NCBI RefSeq assembly: GCF_009914755.1
Contig: NC_060939.1
Reading direction: 5' to 3' (one strand)
Source: the human T2T-CHM13v2.0 reference genome, Homo sapiens
Length of the DNA: 64,000 bases
Positions 17,647 through 34,433 of the stretch are shown piece after piece. Positions within the stretch are counted from its first letter, which is position 1, and every line of letters begins with the position of its first letter. The notes beneath the pieces are model-generated. The model worked only from the letters and a program-made list of their open reading frames with translations. It made no database searches and was not told where the DNA came from. A program made the position numbers and the translations under genes.

Positions 17647-18462
17647 TCATTTAGGTAAAGGAGAAATAAATTGGTGAGTGCACTCAGACCCTCTGGTGGG
17701 AGCCGGGTGCTGGGGTGGAGTGGGGAGGGACACTTGCCTCTAAGGACATTTTGAAATTTGTTCTGTGTTCACATCTGACCTATTTTTAAAAAATGAACAC
17801 AAATTGGAGCATAATCAGAAAAGCCAATTTCCAGTTTTGCACATACCAATGACCAGCCTGTTCACCTTGGTCTCTCAGAGACTCACTTTAATCACCACCC
17901 AGTTCTTAGGCTCCAAGAGTAGACACAAGAGGGACCTCTGTAAACTAGATGGAGCTGGGCACACTTAATTATTATTTACTCTTCATTCAGTCCCTCTCAG
18001 GAGACAATAGCTGAGGCCTTCACTATTGGCCACAGTGTGAGGGTCTCTTTGTGCGAGTCTGGGTGTGTATGTCTGGACATGAGTGTGTGAGTCCAGGATG
18101 TGTGTGTGTCTCTGTGTGTGTCTAGACATGTTTGGGTGGGGTGTGTGTTGGCTATGAAGTTGACCATTACAGGGTCTCTGCCCCAAGGAGCTCCTGGTGA
18201 AGCAGGATAGGAGGCCAAGTGAAAAACTTCCTTCAACACTCTTGAACTCTGACAAGTGCCAAATAAAGGGCTGACAAATGTGAATGCACAGAGAAGGGAA
18301 CACACCAACTCAAACAGGGGCCTTTGCACCGGCTCTTCCCTCTGCTTGAAATGCTCTTCCCCCAGGACCCTCAATGCCTACTCTTGCCTCCTCTAACTCT
18401 TTGAGCAAATGGCACCTTCTCACAAGGCCTACTTGGTCACCTCATTTAAATAGCAACTTTCA

Positions 18463-18760
18463 GGCTGGGTGCTGTGGCTCATGCTGTAATCCCAGCACTT
18501 TGGGAGGACGAGGCAGGAGAATCACTTGAGCCCAGGAGTTTGAGACCAGCCTGGGCAACATGGTGAAGCCCCATCTCTACAAAAAATATAAAAAGCAGCT
18601 GGGCATGGTGGTGCGTGCCTGTGGTCCCAGCTACTTGGGAGGCTGAGGTGGGAGGATCACTGGAGCCCAAGGAGGTCAAGGCTGCAGTGAGCAGTGATCG
18701 TGCCACTCTACTCCAGCCTGGGCAACAGAGTGAGACCCTGTCTCTAAATGAATAAATAAA
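18463..18760 (+). mobile_element. AluJ
   Basis: AluJ diagnostics; TSD AAATAGCAACTT. Confidence 0.9.
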
Positions 18761-18843
18761 TAGCAACTTCATCCTGCACTCCCTGAGCCCACTCCTGCTT
18801 TATTTATATATTTATAGCTAATTATAGTCAATGCATTTCTTTT

Positions 18844-19128
<285 letters not shown>

Positions 19129-22100
19129 TGCATTTATTTTCAAAGAGAGCAAAGTTACCTATACTCAACTAACTTAAAATGCTATATGTTTTACTCACTT
19201 ATTTTGTTTTATTATCTGTTTTCCTCATTTCCTACATTAGAATGAAAACTCCATGAGGGATGCTACAATGTTTGCTTTGTTCACAGCTGTGTCTCTAGTG
19301 CCTGCAACAGTACCTGGCACATAGTAGGCATGCAGGAGGTATTTGTGGCTATGGTGATAATAGGGTGGGTGTTTGGGGTAGATGGTAGCAAGGCCACAGA
19401 CATACCTCTCTATTCTGGAGGGGTGGCTGGAGGTCTGAGGTGGCAGCCGTGGACTGAAGGGGCACCTGTGATGTGGGTCTGCTGTGGAATCTGATGCAGA
19501 TGAAGTGGTGGAGGCAGAAAGAGTCCAACAGGCACAGGGAAGAAGATGTGGCCTGAGAAAACCTGAGACATTTTGGAGGCCATTCTGCATGCCCCAAATT
19601 CTAACTCAGTGCCCATCTCCTCCCTCTGCCAGAGCCTATTGATACCAGGGAGGGAATAGTCAGGGGACACATTTGGAGGTTGGGGGAGGTGCTGGTGGAC
19701 CCATTTGTGAGAACTGAAGGCCACTTGAGGGTGTCTTGGCTAGGGGAAAGTACCTGGCTGGGTAGAGGGCATTTAGAAGGGAGGAGGCAAAGGAAAGCCT
19801 GCAGTGGTGGCTGGATTGTAGGGTTGGTGAGAACAGACATGTTTCTCTGAGCGTTGGAGAATGTGAGCAAGGCCCAGGACCAGAGAGTGCTCACTGGACC
19901 AGGGGCCACAGAAGAGGCCTGGCTGGAAAGGGCTTCAAAGGCCAGGCCAGGGAGTCAGGATAGAATCCCAGGGGCCCCCAGGAGCCCCTGACGATCTGGA
20001 GCCAAGCGTAGGAGGTGGCAATGAAAGGAAGTTGTATTCAGGAAGAACTGCCACTCAGGGGTCTTTCCCAATGCCAGCTGCCCAAAGAGGAGGAGGAGAC
20101 ATGCTCTCTAAGCCTTCTTATAGACAGAGAAGGGGGATAGAGAGGCTCTTTCCCTTTGGCAGTTCATTCATTCGCTCTGTCACTCATTCGCTTTATTAAG
20201 CACATAATGTGTGCTGGATTCTATTCTGGAATCGGGGGATGCCACCAGAAATTAGCCCTGAATTTTGACCCCATGCAAGGCAGAGGGTGCCCCAGAAGAG
20301 GTGTGCCAGCTCTGAGGAGGCTGTGGTTGTGCCCAGCTGGAAGACCAGAGAGGGCTTCCTGGAAGGGGAAGCATCTGAGCTGGGCCCTCCATGATGGTCA
20401 GCAGTTTGAAAGTCAGTTGTTCAGGAGGAGAGGATGGTTATACTCCAGAGCTCTTCACCAGGAGGTTTTACCATATATCGCTTCATTTAATTCACCTAGC
20501 AAACTCGGAGATGGCGAAGGCAGAGGAAGTGACTTATTTTACAACATGAGGAAATAAGGATCTTGGGACCAAGCCCAGACAGGGTAACTGTTCAGCCCCA
20601 GGTCACCAGACTGAGCAGCCGAGTTGGGACTAGAACCCAGAGCTGTTGGACTCCCGGCCAAGTGCTCATCCTGTGGGTTCACAGAAGTCACTGGTTGTTT
20701 TCCAAGGTGCTGTGGAGAAGCTGTCAGCAGATTTCTAACACGAAGGATCTTGTCTGTCCCCTCCCTGACTCCAGAGAGGGCCCAAGACAGGGACCAGTGA
20801 CTTACTCCAGGCTCCTCACTGGTTGGTCAACAGTAGACAGTACCCAGAATAGGAAAAAAAAAAAAAAAAAAAAAAAAAGGAAAGAAAGAAAGCATCAGAC
20901 TTTGAGTTTGAGGACTTGGGGCTGATCCCAGCTGGTCCCATGTCCTGGCTGTACAGCCTTGGGCAAAGCACTTCATCTCTCTGGGCCCTTCAGTTTCCTG
21001 CTCTGTCAAATAGGGACAATGCTCACTCCAGTACTCCCCACCTCCAGGGAGTTGAGAAACTGAAGCCGTAATGGACATGACCCACATAAACATTAGCTAC
21101 TATTATTTATAAGAAACTGGGGGTTGGCCATACCACTAGGATGATGACGAGGACACTAGGACACTGCTCCTACTGCAAGCTAACTTAAACTGAGCCCTGG
21201 CCAGGCCCAGTGGGAAGTGCTTTACATACATTAATTCATCCAGTAAAACGAGGACTTGAAAACATTGGCAGTAAAAGCATCATCAATATGTAAAGATAAT
21301 GATGATGATAAAGGTATCTTGCAAAGCAATGTAATTAACAGATTCACAAGTTTTTAGGAGCAATTGGGGGCCATGAAGACTGTGTCCCCTGGCCCCTTGA
21401 CACAACTCTGGGCCTTTGCTTCCTTCATCCTCGGGGTACAGGCAGCCAGCCCCTCACTCTCAGCCCCCTAGCCCCTGGAGGTTGTTCAGGCCTCAAGCCA
21501 GGCCAGCCTGAAGATTCCTATTCCCAGGCAGCTGGGCTGTGGCCCCAGGAGGGCGGCCAACAAGGGGCCTAGTGGCTTATCGCTCTGCAGCGACTCCCCA
21601 GCAGGCAGACTGGCTCCGCTGCTGCAGAGCAAAGCTGATAAAGAGGACAGAGCCTGGTGTTTACTGGAGCCGAGTCTGGGGAGAGTTGGGCCTCCCAGGG
21701 GCGGCCCTGTCTCCTCTGGGAACAGACTGTCTGTTTGCGGAGATACCATCACATTCCTGCAGCCTTGGCCACCCCAGGATGGATTGGGGGAGGGAGTGGC
21801 GGAGATTGGTGGGGAGGAGGCGATATGACAGCTGCGGCCCTCTGTTTCCCTGGGGCCAATGCTGAGGAGGCCTGAACTGGGTCCTCCAGGGGGATTCAGG
21901 TTTCCCAGCCTGATTACCAAGTACTTTAGATCATTAATAGCCAACATGGGTGCAGTACTCTACAAAGTATTTTCTCAACATTTACCTTTGTGGGTCTTCC
22001 AGATAGCCTTCCATTCACATAGTCTGGGGTAATGTTTCCCAGAAGGGAAATGCCCAGCAAGACTGGGGCAGGGGACCTGAGTGACCCACAGCTGACCAGG

Positions 22101-23094
22101 CCAACTCATATTCATAGCTAACACTTTTGAGTACTTACCATGTGGCATGACTGCAGAGGCACTTAAGGTATATTAACTCATTTAATCTTTGCAACAGCCC
22201 TTATGAGGTAGGTGCTATCATTACATTCATTTTCCAGACGAGGAAATTGAGTCAGACATAGGCTAAGTAGCTTGCCTAAAGTCACACAAACAGAAAATGG
22301 GAGTGCTGGGATTTGAACCCCAGCAGCATGGCTCCAGAATCCCCACTGTAACCAATGTGCTACACAACCATCTTGAAGCAAGCTTGTGATGTATTTCTAT
22401 TCTGTGTGCAAAGGCTGTGGGCATTTGCAGCTGCAGGAGGTGGCCTAGCTGGCTTTGGAATTAGACCTGTGTGCTACTCCCAGCACTGACACTAATGAAT
22501 GCTGCTGTGGCAGAATCAGAACTCTGTGAGTCTCAGTTTTCTCACCTGGAAAGTGAAAACAGCACCTGCCTTAGCAGAGAGTGTGAGATGTTGTATGTGA
22601 AAGATCTGGTACATAAGAGATTTTCATTAAAGAAGTACTATGACTACTTTGACAGAGGCACTGGGGAGGTGGCCTGTCAAAAATGGAAGCTTCAGAAGAG
22701 TATCTCTTAAAAGAGAGGCCCAGTTACTCAGTTATGGGAGCACAGAGGAGGGGTGACTTCTAATAGAAGGGATCAGGGTGTCCTCAAAGCAGGCAGCATG
22801 AGCAAGTGGTTGGGACTCTGGCCTTCAGAGTTGGGCAGACTCGAGTTCAAATTCCTATATCCAGCCCTTACTCACTGTGTGACCTTGGGGAGTTACTTCT
22901 TTGAATACGTAAAATGAGAACACTAAAAAAAACCCTCTCCATAGGGTTGTGAGGAATGGATGAGATCATTCAAAGGTCAAAGAGACCTTCTGGGAAGAAG
23001 CTCTGGGCACAATGGCAGGCACCTAGTAAGTGCTCAATAAATGCTTCTGCCATTATTGTTTACAGGGGGGTAAGGGGGTGGGAGTGAGGTAGGG

Positions 23095-23600
23095 TGGTGG
23101 GCAGAGTAACGGCCCCCTAGAGATGTCATGCCCTAATCCCTGGAACCTGTGGATGTGTTAGGTTACATGGCAAAGGGGAATTAAGGTTGCAGGCGGAATT
23201 AAGGTTGCTAATGAACTGACTTTGAGATGGGGGAAATTGTCTTGGGTTATCTGATGGGACCCTGCCTAATTGCAAGAGTCCTTACAAGTGGCAAAGAGAG
23301 GCAGAAGAGGCAGTGTCAGAGTGACATGAGTTTTCAAGAAAGGCTCTACCAGCCATTCATATCTTTGAATTGGAGGAAGGGGCCACAAGCCAAGGAATGC
23401 AGGCTGCCCATGGAAGCTGGTCAAGGCAAGAAAACGGATTCTCTCCTAGAGCCTCCTGAAAGGCATGAAGCCCTGCCAATGCTCTGATTTTAACCTGATG
23501 ACACCCATTTTGGACTTCAGACTCCCAGAACTGTAGGAAAGATAATAAATATGTGTTGTTTGAAACCACTAAGTTCATAGTAATTTGTTACAGGAGAAAA
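23095..23600 (+). mobile_element. MLT1 (D/E-like) LTR
   Basis: ccctaatccctggaacctgtg...ggaattaaggttgc...ccactaagtt...aatttgttacag. Confidence 0.8.
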
Positions 23601-23714
23601 AGAAAAGTGATACAGAGTGTGAATTGGTCCTTGAAGACTGGCAGAATGGTCACAGGCCAAGGTGGGGCAGGACAGCACAGGAGGAGGAAACTGAGCCTTC
23701 AAAGGCCTGTGGAT

Positions 23715-25075
<1,361 letters not shown>

Positions 25076-27617
25076 AGCCAGAGGGTTATGCGTGTAGCAG
25101 GAACTGAAACCAGGAAACTGGGTAGGGGGCTAAACATGGAGGGCTTTGATGATGGATTAAGGCATTTGGAATGGGGGCAGGTTTTTGAGCAGGAGAATAA
25201 CATCAGGATCAGAGCTGTGGTTAAGGAAGTTTCTTGAGCAGCAGGGAGTGGCATGAATCGCAGGCAGGGGAATCATTTAGAAGGCTGCTGTCATGAGGCA
25301 GATGAGCAGTGTTGGAGGCCTGAAATTGAGTAGAGGGTTGAAGTGTGGAGAGAGTTAGAAGTGGAACCTATAGATCCTATTCTGTGTGGAATGGGGGACA
25401 GGGCAGTGGGAGAGTGGAAGTTGACACCCAGGTTTTGACCCTGGGATACTGAGTGGTTGGAGGTGCTATTGACAGAGATGGGGAAGTCAAGATGGGGGAT
25501 AGGGAGATGCATGCTATTTGGTGGACTGAGGGTTAAGTGCCAAAGAGACCTTCTGGGAAGAGGCCCAAGAAACAGTGATTCAAGACTCCAAAGGGATCTC
25601 TGTCCCAGCCCCGTGTATTGATCAGGTTTGAGGAAGGATAGAGGATAGCACCTTCTGGCTGGGTAACTGAGGGAGCTGGGCAAAGGATTATTTGCAAGAG
25701 TGTGGGAAGGGTTTGAGAATTGCATTAAGGGATGTTGAAGTATCCTGGGGCTGGCAATGATGGGGAGCTTGCTTCTTCTTCTAGGCCCGAGAAGGCAAGG
25801 GAGGGAGCAGGAACCAGAACCAGAGGAGGTAAGAGTATGGAGAGTGCTGCCTGATGGAAGCTGTGGCCTTTGGTCAAAGATACAGCAGACTTATGGCAAC
25901 CCAGCAAGGAGGGCACCAGGAGAACAAACACTTTGACCTCTCCCTCTTCCCATTCTTTAAGGACTTCTTTGGTATTCCTCATTAGCTAAGTCCACCCTGA
26001 AGACAGACAGCAAGGTTGCCTGTAGATGTGGCCCACACATCAGCCTTGCAGGTCAGAATGGGTGGAGAAGGGGAGGGCCACACAGAAGATACCTAGCCAC
26101 CTAACACATGAAATTCCTTTAGCCTGTGTCAGCTGATGACCCTATTCTGGGAAATGAGATTTGAGGAGAAAGCTGGTAGGGAGTTTCTGGGTAAAAGTTT
26201 TTTACTCTTAGGAAGAAGACAGCAGGAGAGATGTTCTTCAGGGTGTCTGATGTGATGCCTGGAACTGCAGCAGCCATTTTGCAACTGTGAGGGAAGCCAG
26301 TGGAGTCAAAACTGACCTACTGTGGATGGAAATACAAATAGACAGAAAGAATTAGGTTCTTGATAACTTCCTGGAGCTTCTCTAAGAGCCTGTCCTACAT
26401 CCAGGTTTTTTTTTTAATGAAATAATAAAGATTCTTGTTGTTTGAACCACTTTCAGTTGGATTTCCAGTTACTTGCAGCCCAAAGCCTTCTTTTTAAATT
26501 TTTTACCCAAAGGCACCAAAACATTCTAATGGACACAGCTGCCATCTACCATGTTCAAGCCCCTGTGCAAGCTCTCTTAGCTTCCACTGAGTGCAGGTCA
26601 AGCCTTCCTGTTTCTTCTGCTGACCACAGATTTGCACTAACTGCATCAGATTCAGTGAGAATTTCAAATCCTTTTTCAATCTATGAGAAAATAAACAGAC
26701 AGAAATAGGTCATGGGGGTGTTCTTCCCTTAACTTAGGAGAAACTGAGGAGAAATCCAGCTAAAGGCAGTGGAGATAGTGGGGGCATTAATCTGAGTCTC
26801 TGGGATGGTCAGGAGAGAGAGCAAAGGTAAGAGACTGGTTCCCATTACCCACCTCCCTGAGAGGTGTGGTGCATTCACAGAGACCCAGGTTCTGAGCCTT
26901 CATTTCCCTGTCCATCAGCTAAAGGGTAAAGTGGGCCCCACCCAATCTGGACATGCATCATTAACACAGACTCCCCACGTGGGTCAGGTGAGTAGGCCCC
27001 TATTTTTCAGCATGGACTCCCCAGCTTCAGTACTGTTGTATCTTCCCCCATCCAGGTTTTGCAGGACTTGCCTATATCCAGGCGTCAGAGTGAGCCCAGG
27101 GAAGGTTGGCCATGATTTGGGGTCTTCAGAGAGAGCCAGATGGAAATAGGAGAGGAAGCTGCTGTCACAGGGGTCACACTTGGCTCACCAGAGAAAGTCG
27201 CTTGGCATCAGCAGCTGGTATGATGGATTTACCATGCCTGCCTTGCCCACAATGGAGTCCCAAAAGGTGGCCATCATCAAATGACTGCACCCATAGTCTT
27301 CTGTGCTTCACCCTCTTCTGTGGGCTTCCCTGGCCTAGCATGCTCCCTACACCGCTGGACTCTTCTCCATCTAAGTCATGTCATGGAAACCCCTCCAGAG
27401 CTGCAGACAGACAGATCTGGCTCTGAGTCTCTCTACTATCCCTTCTTAGATGTGGGGCAGGAAACTAGCCTCTGAGATTCTTTTTTTTTTTTTTTAACCT
27501 GTAAAGGAGGCTCTTACACTAATTACCTGAACAAATTTATTGTGAGTTTCACATGAGATAATGACTAATATTTTCAAAGCATAACCATATAGCGTCCCAT
27601 TCTTTCAATATCCTTCT

Positions 27618-27635
27618 CTCCACTAGAGGTCAGCG
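27618..27635 (+). promoter_or_regulatory. Candidate CTCF site
   Basis: CTCCACTAGAGGTCAGCG matches the CTCF core CCACYAGRGGGCRG with one mismatch. Confidence 0.5.
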
Positions 27636-28874
27636 GGGCAGGAAATCTGACAAAATCATCCATTTATGAGGCATAAAGATAATAATAGTGTTAATAGCTA
27701 AAATTCAGTGGACGTATACTGTGTGCCAGGTACCATTCTAAGCACCTTATTTATATTGGCTCAAAGAGACTCAAGTATTATCTCCATTTTACAGATGAGG
27801 AAACCGAGGTTAATTTGCCTACAGTAATACAGGTATGAGAGGGCAGAGCTGGGCTTTGACCCCAGGCAGTCTGGCTCCAGAGCCTGTGCATTTACCCGCT
27901 GTGCTGCCTCAGAGCTACCAATGGTGTTTGAGGATGGTACCGACCCCAGTCGAGAGGCTTCTGTAGAGGCAGGTAGTATAGGGTAGTCAGGGGGCAAAGG
28001 CCTGGCAAGTTGTCAGAACTGGCTTCAAGTCCAGGGCTACTTCTTCCTAACTGTGTAACATTGGGCAAGTTAGTTAACCTCTCTGAGCATTGGTTTACTC
28101 ACTAGAAGTGGTAAGGTTTGAATTAAATTAAAAAACAAAAAAACCCAACCCTGACACAAATCCTGGTCCTAAGAGGCTGTCCTCAAAGGACTCCACTCCA
28201 CCCCCTCTTCCCCCATTCATGGCTGGGTGGTTGAGGGGGGCTGGGAAGGGTCCACAAGTATCCATAAGGGAAGACCATCCAATCAGAGGAGGCATGTGAG
28301 CTCCCTGAGAGCAGGGGCTTGACTTGCCATCTAGAAGGCTCCTCGCATGCCTCTGACATATGAATGTGTGAAAGAGTGAAATAATACATGGAAAAAAGAA
28401 TGAGCAGGAGGGCTAGAAAGAGAGGGAAATTTCACCCACAGAAAAAAACCCGAAGGAGGGTTTTGTACAATTCCAGTGATCAATACCCAGGATGCAAGAT
28501 GACAGGTCAGTCAGGATAAGCTAGGTAATGCTGTGGTAACAAACTCCAATCCCAGCGGATTTCCAACAAACATGTTTATTTCTTGTTTATGCACTATAAG
28601 GCAGGTTACCAGGGTGTTCTGTTCTTCCAAGTTACTCGAAGATCCCGCTGAAGGAAGCTCCACGTTGACATACTTTTATAATGGCAGCGGCAGAGAAAAG
28701 AGGATGTGACAAACCCCACACTGGTTCTGAAATTTCTGCCCAGAAATGTCTTACATCCCTTCTGCTCATCCTTTCTGCTCATATTTCATTGGTCAAAACA
28801 AGTTATATGGTCACACTTCAAGTGGATGGAGAAAAGTTCAAGTGGATGGAGAAGTACAGTCCTTACAGAAATGA

Positions 28875-29520
<646 letters not shown>

Positions 29521-29736
29521 CAGGGCTGGCTGTTTATAACAGGCCTAATCACCACCATTTGTGGTGTAGGCCAGAGGGCCACTTGGGCTGAATGCAGCTC
29601 ACAGACATGGTTTGTTTGGCCTGGTCAGTATTTTAAATATTTTTATGTGGTTTCTAACATTTATGACATCATAGTATGTCACATTCAAATCTGTATACCT
29701 GACTAGGTTTGAAATTTGGACTATTAGGTGACAGTG

Positions 29737-30093
29737 AGTATCTTAGTCCATTCAGGTTGCTATAATAAAATACCATAGACGAGGTGGTTTATAAACAGCA
29801 GAAATTTATTTCTCACAGATCTGGGAAGTCCAAGATCAAGGCACTAGCAGATTCAGTGTCTGGTGAGGTCCTTCCTGGTTCACAGATGGCTGTCTTTTTG
29901 CTGTGTCCTTACTTGACAGAAGGTGGAGGGAGGTCTCTGGAGCTTCCTTTATAAGGTCACTAATCCCATTCAAGAGGGCTCTACCCTCGTGTCCTAATCA
30001 CCTCCCAATGCCCCACCTCCTAATATCATCACATTGGTGATTAGGTTTCAGCATGTGAGTTTTGCAGGGACACAAACATTCAGTCCATTGCAG
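29737..30093 (-). mobile_element. MST/MLT1A-type MaLR LTR
   Basis: tatcttagtccattcaggttgctataataaaataccatagac...acacaaacattcagtccattgca. Confidence 0.8.
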
Positions 30094-30317
30094 TGAGCCC
30101 AGTTACTTTGACATGGATTAAGTTGGGCCAATTATAACAGAAAAACTCAAAATAGCAATAGCTTAAATGAGATGGATGCTTCTTTCTCATATAAAAGAAG
30201 TCAGAAGATTTCAGAAGATTAATAGACAGCTCAGGCCTGGCATGGGAGACTCAAAAAGCCATCAGGGACTTATGCTCCTCTCTCTTTCTGTTCTTCCATC
30301 CTCAGCGTATGGCTTCC

Positions 30318-30626
<309 letters not shown>

Positions 30627-31079
30627 TCATGTTCCATGATGACTTCCAGGGCTCCAGCCATCACATCTATAACCTAGGCCAAAGAAGGAAAGGTTGAAGT
30701 CAAAAAAAAGGTGCTTCTCGGCTGACTCAGCAGCCTTTATGCAGTCTTTCCAGAAGTCTCACACGATGTTTCTATTTACATCTTATTGGCCAGAAATAGT
30801 CACATGGCTACACTGAGTGCAAGGGAGGGAGTAGGGGTAGTCATGTGACTGTGCTCAGGCCAGGGTAGTCTTTTTTTTCAAGGACAAAATTTGCCCAGTT
30901 AAAAATAATTTAAATAAGAATAATCATTCTGCTATTAAGAAGAAAGGGGAGAATTGAGGTTGTCAATTGAGGTTGTCTCTGCTTTGGGCCTGAAGTTCTG
31001 ATTGTGGAGAAGCAGATGCTTCACTAACACTGGGTCTGAGCTCACCAAGTTGCCACAGACCCCACCATGGTTTAATACC

Positions 31080-31389
31080 TTTCTTTTTCTTTTTTTTTTT
31101 TTCTTTGAGACAGAGTCTCGCTGTGTTGGCCAGGCCGAAGTGCAGTGGCGCGATCTCGGCTCACTGCAAGCTCCGCCTCCCAGGTTCACGCCATTCTTCT
31201 GCCTCAGCCTCCTGAGTAACTGGGACTACAGGCGCCTGCCACTGCGCCCTGCTAATTTTTTGTATTTTTTTTAGTAGTGACGGTGTTTCACCATGCTAGC
31301 CAGGATGGTCTCGATCTCCTGACCTCGTGATCCGCCCACCTCAGTCTCCCAAAGTGCTGGGATTACAGGCGTGAGCCACTGCGCCCAGC
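31080..31389 (-). mobile_element. AluY
   Basis: gcaagctccgcctcc, ttcacgccattc, ggatggtctcgatctcc. Confidence 0.92.
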
Positions 31390-32553
31390 TGGCTTAATAC
31401 ATTTCTAGTACTCAGTGTCAGTTACGATTCATCTTTGGGCTTATGTTGGCTTTTTTTTTTTTTTTTAAGTGAAACTAAGGAGAAAGAATTATTTCCTATT
31501 CTTATGTCTCTGTTAAAAATCAAAAGAGCAAAAGATATACCAAGAGAGTCATATATTTCAGGAAAAGCAAAAAAGGAAGCCTATTTCTTTGGGGAAGGGA
31601 AAAATATTCCTAGCTGTGTAACATACAAACAAGGTGCATTGAAAATATGCAACTTATCACATTATCATGAAACGGCTGACTTGCTTTACTGACCACTCTG
31701 GCCTGGCAGGCACTTTACTGGGTGGGTAGCTCCCTGGAAAGACAGGGGGCCTCAGCCTCCCTGGCTCTGCACAGTGCATCCCTCTTCCTGGGAGGAGGAC
31801 AGCCCTGTTTTGTCTAACCCCTCTTACCCCTCATTTGGAATTATCTCACCCTTCTTTGTATTCAGGGCTTATTTTGAGCAAGTTCAAAACTGCCTTGCAA
31901 AGTTCAAGATCATTATGGCAGGCAAAAATGCAGTGAAATAGCACACCACTGTCAGTTAATTACTAAAAATCCTTTAATAGCTGACATTATTATAAATTAT
32001 ATACCCATGATGACAGGGACAATTGGGCTCTCTGTTTCTCTTGCCCTGCATTGGAACCCCAAACAATGCTGTCTTGTTGGGGAGAATGACCTGGATGCAC
32101 TTGCAGGCAAGTTGGGAGTTTACATAGGCTACCTTTGCTGACCACACAGGCCCTGGTCCTCTGAGGACACCCTGCTCCTGGGTAGGGATGAGGCAGCTGC
32201 CTGACAAGGCCTTAGAACCAACTCTCCCTCCATTTCCACCCCCTTTCTCCACTGCTATTGCTACAAGAGTCTCTTCTTCTTGGACCTCCCAACTCCCTCT
32301 GTTCTGCTGCCTGCTTTTCTGCCCATCTAGGCCCAGCTCAAAGAGCCCCTCTTCCAGGCAGCCTCCCCTGATTCTCCTTCCCAAAGCTGCAGACTCATGG
32401 TAGGTAGATTCTCTTTTGTCTTTTGAGTCAGGTGTGTAAAGCATACATCTTAAGTGTAAACCTTGATGATTTTTTACGTATGTATATACCATTTAACCTT
32501 TTTCCAGATCGAAATGTACATCCTTTCCTAACTCAAAAATGTTACTGTGTGTA

Positions 32554-33250
32554 GAGGATGTGGAGAAATAGGAATACTTTTACACTGTTGGTGGGACTGT
32601 AAACTAGTTCAACCACCGTGGAAGACAGTGTGGCGATTCCTCAAGGATCCAGAACTAGAAATACCATTTGACCCAGCCATCCCATTACTGGGTATATACC
32701 CAAAGGATTATAAATCATGCTGCTATAAAGACACATGCACACGTATGTTTACTGCGGCACTATTCACAATAGCAAAGACTTGGAACCAACCCAAGTGTCC
32801 ATCAGTGATAGACTGGATTAAGAAAATGTGGCACAAATACACCATGGAATACTATACAGCCATAAAAAAGGATGAGTTCATGTCTTTTGTAGGGACATGG
32901 GTGAAGCTGGAAACCATCATTCTCAGCAGCAAACTATCGCAGGACAAAAAACCAAACACTGCATGTTCTCCTAGGTGGGAATTGAACAATGAGAACACTT
33001 GGACACAGGAAAGGGAACATCACACACCAGGGCCTGTCGTGGGGTCAGGGGAGGAGGAGGGATAGCATTAGGAGATATACCTAACGTAAATGATGAGTTA
33101 ATGGGTGCAGCACACCAACATGGCACATGTATACATATGTAAGAAACCTGCATGTTGTGCACATGTACCCTAGAACTTAAAGTATAAACAACAACAAAAA
33201 AAAGTTTAAGAAAATACATAATAAAGGCCCAAGTAAGCAAATAGAAAAAA
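32554..33250 (+). mobile_element. 5'-truncated L1PA (approx. L1PA3-5) with ORF2 C-terminus, 3'UTR, polyA, 3' transduction and 19-bp TSD
   Basis: ORF ...GCGEIGILLHCWWDCKLVQP... is the ORF2p cysteine-rich end; L1PA 3'UTR; TSD AAAAATGTTACTGTGTGTA at 32535-32553 and 33251-33269. Confidence 0.93.
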
Positions 33251-34433
33251 AAAAATGTTACTGTGTGTAAGAATCCCTTCAGGAGAGGGTAAAAAATGCA
33301 GCCTCTGGCCTAACCCAGAGATGCTGATTCGGTGGGCCTGGGATGGCCTAGGAGTCTACAGGTTAGCTACACCCAGGCCTTCAGGTAGAGGGGCCTGCGG
33401 TCCACCCTTGCAGAAACCACCCAATGCTTCCTGGGATAAGTCCTGTGTCTTCTTAGTTACTCCCCTGTTGGTGGGGGGGGTGGGGCATGCTCTGGTCCCT
33501 TTTATCTGGGGGCCCAGAAAGGTTTTGGGTTGAAAGCAGCACCTGCAGGGGTGGATCCAGGCTGGATGCAGCCTGAAGCTACAATTTGGGAAGCTGTCTT
33601 TGAGAAAAGAACACTTTGTTGGGTACAGGGTCCTGTAAGGGCCTCCTACAACTGATGTTTTCCCACTTTCAATCCACCCAGGCAGCCAGCAAGAATTCAC
33701 AGTCTTAGAAGTTGTTGAGGTGAGAAGTTGTTTGCTAGACAAGACAGATCACTCCCCAGCTGACCCCTTCCATCCACAGGTATAGCCATGGAGATCTTGG
33801 GCCCTGCCCCATACTAGAATCACCTCAGGGAGCTAAAAAAGCAAAAATAACCAACACACTTGGGCCCCACACCAAATATTCTGATTAAATTGGTTTGGGG
33901 TGGGGATTGGGCTTTAGCGGTTTTTTAAAACTCCCAGGTGACTCTAATACACAGCCAAAGCTGAGACCCGCTGAGCAGAGACTTGATTCTGGATTTTAAT
34001 CTTTCCTTATCTGCTCCAGACTTACACTAAGAGAATGCCAAGCGAATGCACCTCCCACCACTACCTTCCGCCTCTCCCTCTGAAGGGGCTGGGACTCCTG
34101 GCTGTGGTCAGTGTTCTCAATGCCAACCATGTACCTGGCCCACCTCCAGTGCACCCCTTCCATTTTGGGGACAAATCAACCAGTAGTAATGGGCGTTTAT
34201 TAAGCATCATACATTATTTCCAATCCTCAGGGCAGCCCTGTGTTTTAGCAGGGAGGACACTGAGCTCAAGAAGCCTTAGTGATTGCTTTACAGTGGTCTA
34301 GTGGGTAAGTGCTGGAGCTGGGATCAAATCCAGGTCTTCACGGCTCCAAAGCCAATGTGTCTTTCCCTGAGCCAGGTTGCTCCTAGAAGCAGTGCCTGTT
34401 TACTGAATAGCAGTCATGCCCGAGGTACAGGCC

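Noticed and set aside
18120-18127. Second GTCTAGAC palindrome
   Set aside because: About one 8-mer is expected by chance in 64 kb; it lies in a TG-rich tract with no GC-BRE partner.
32547-33065. 172-aa ORF with a CCHC-like motif
   Set aside because: Truncated L1 ORF2 remnant with a non-ATG start in the TSD and a frameshifted end; not a gene.
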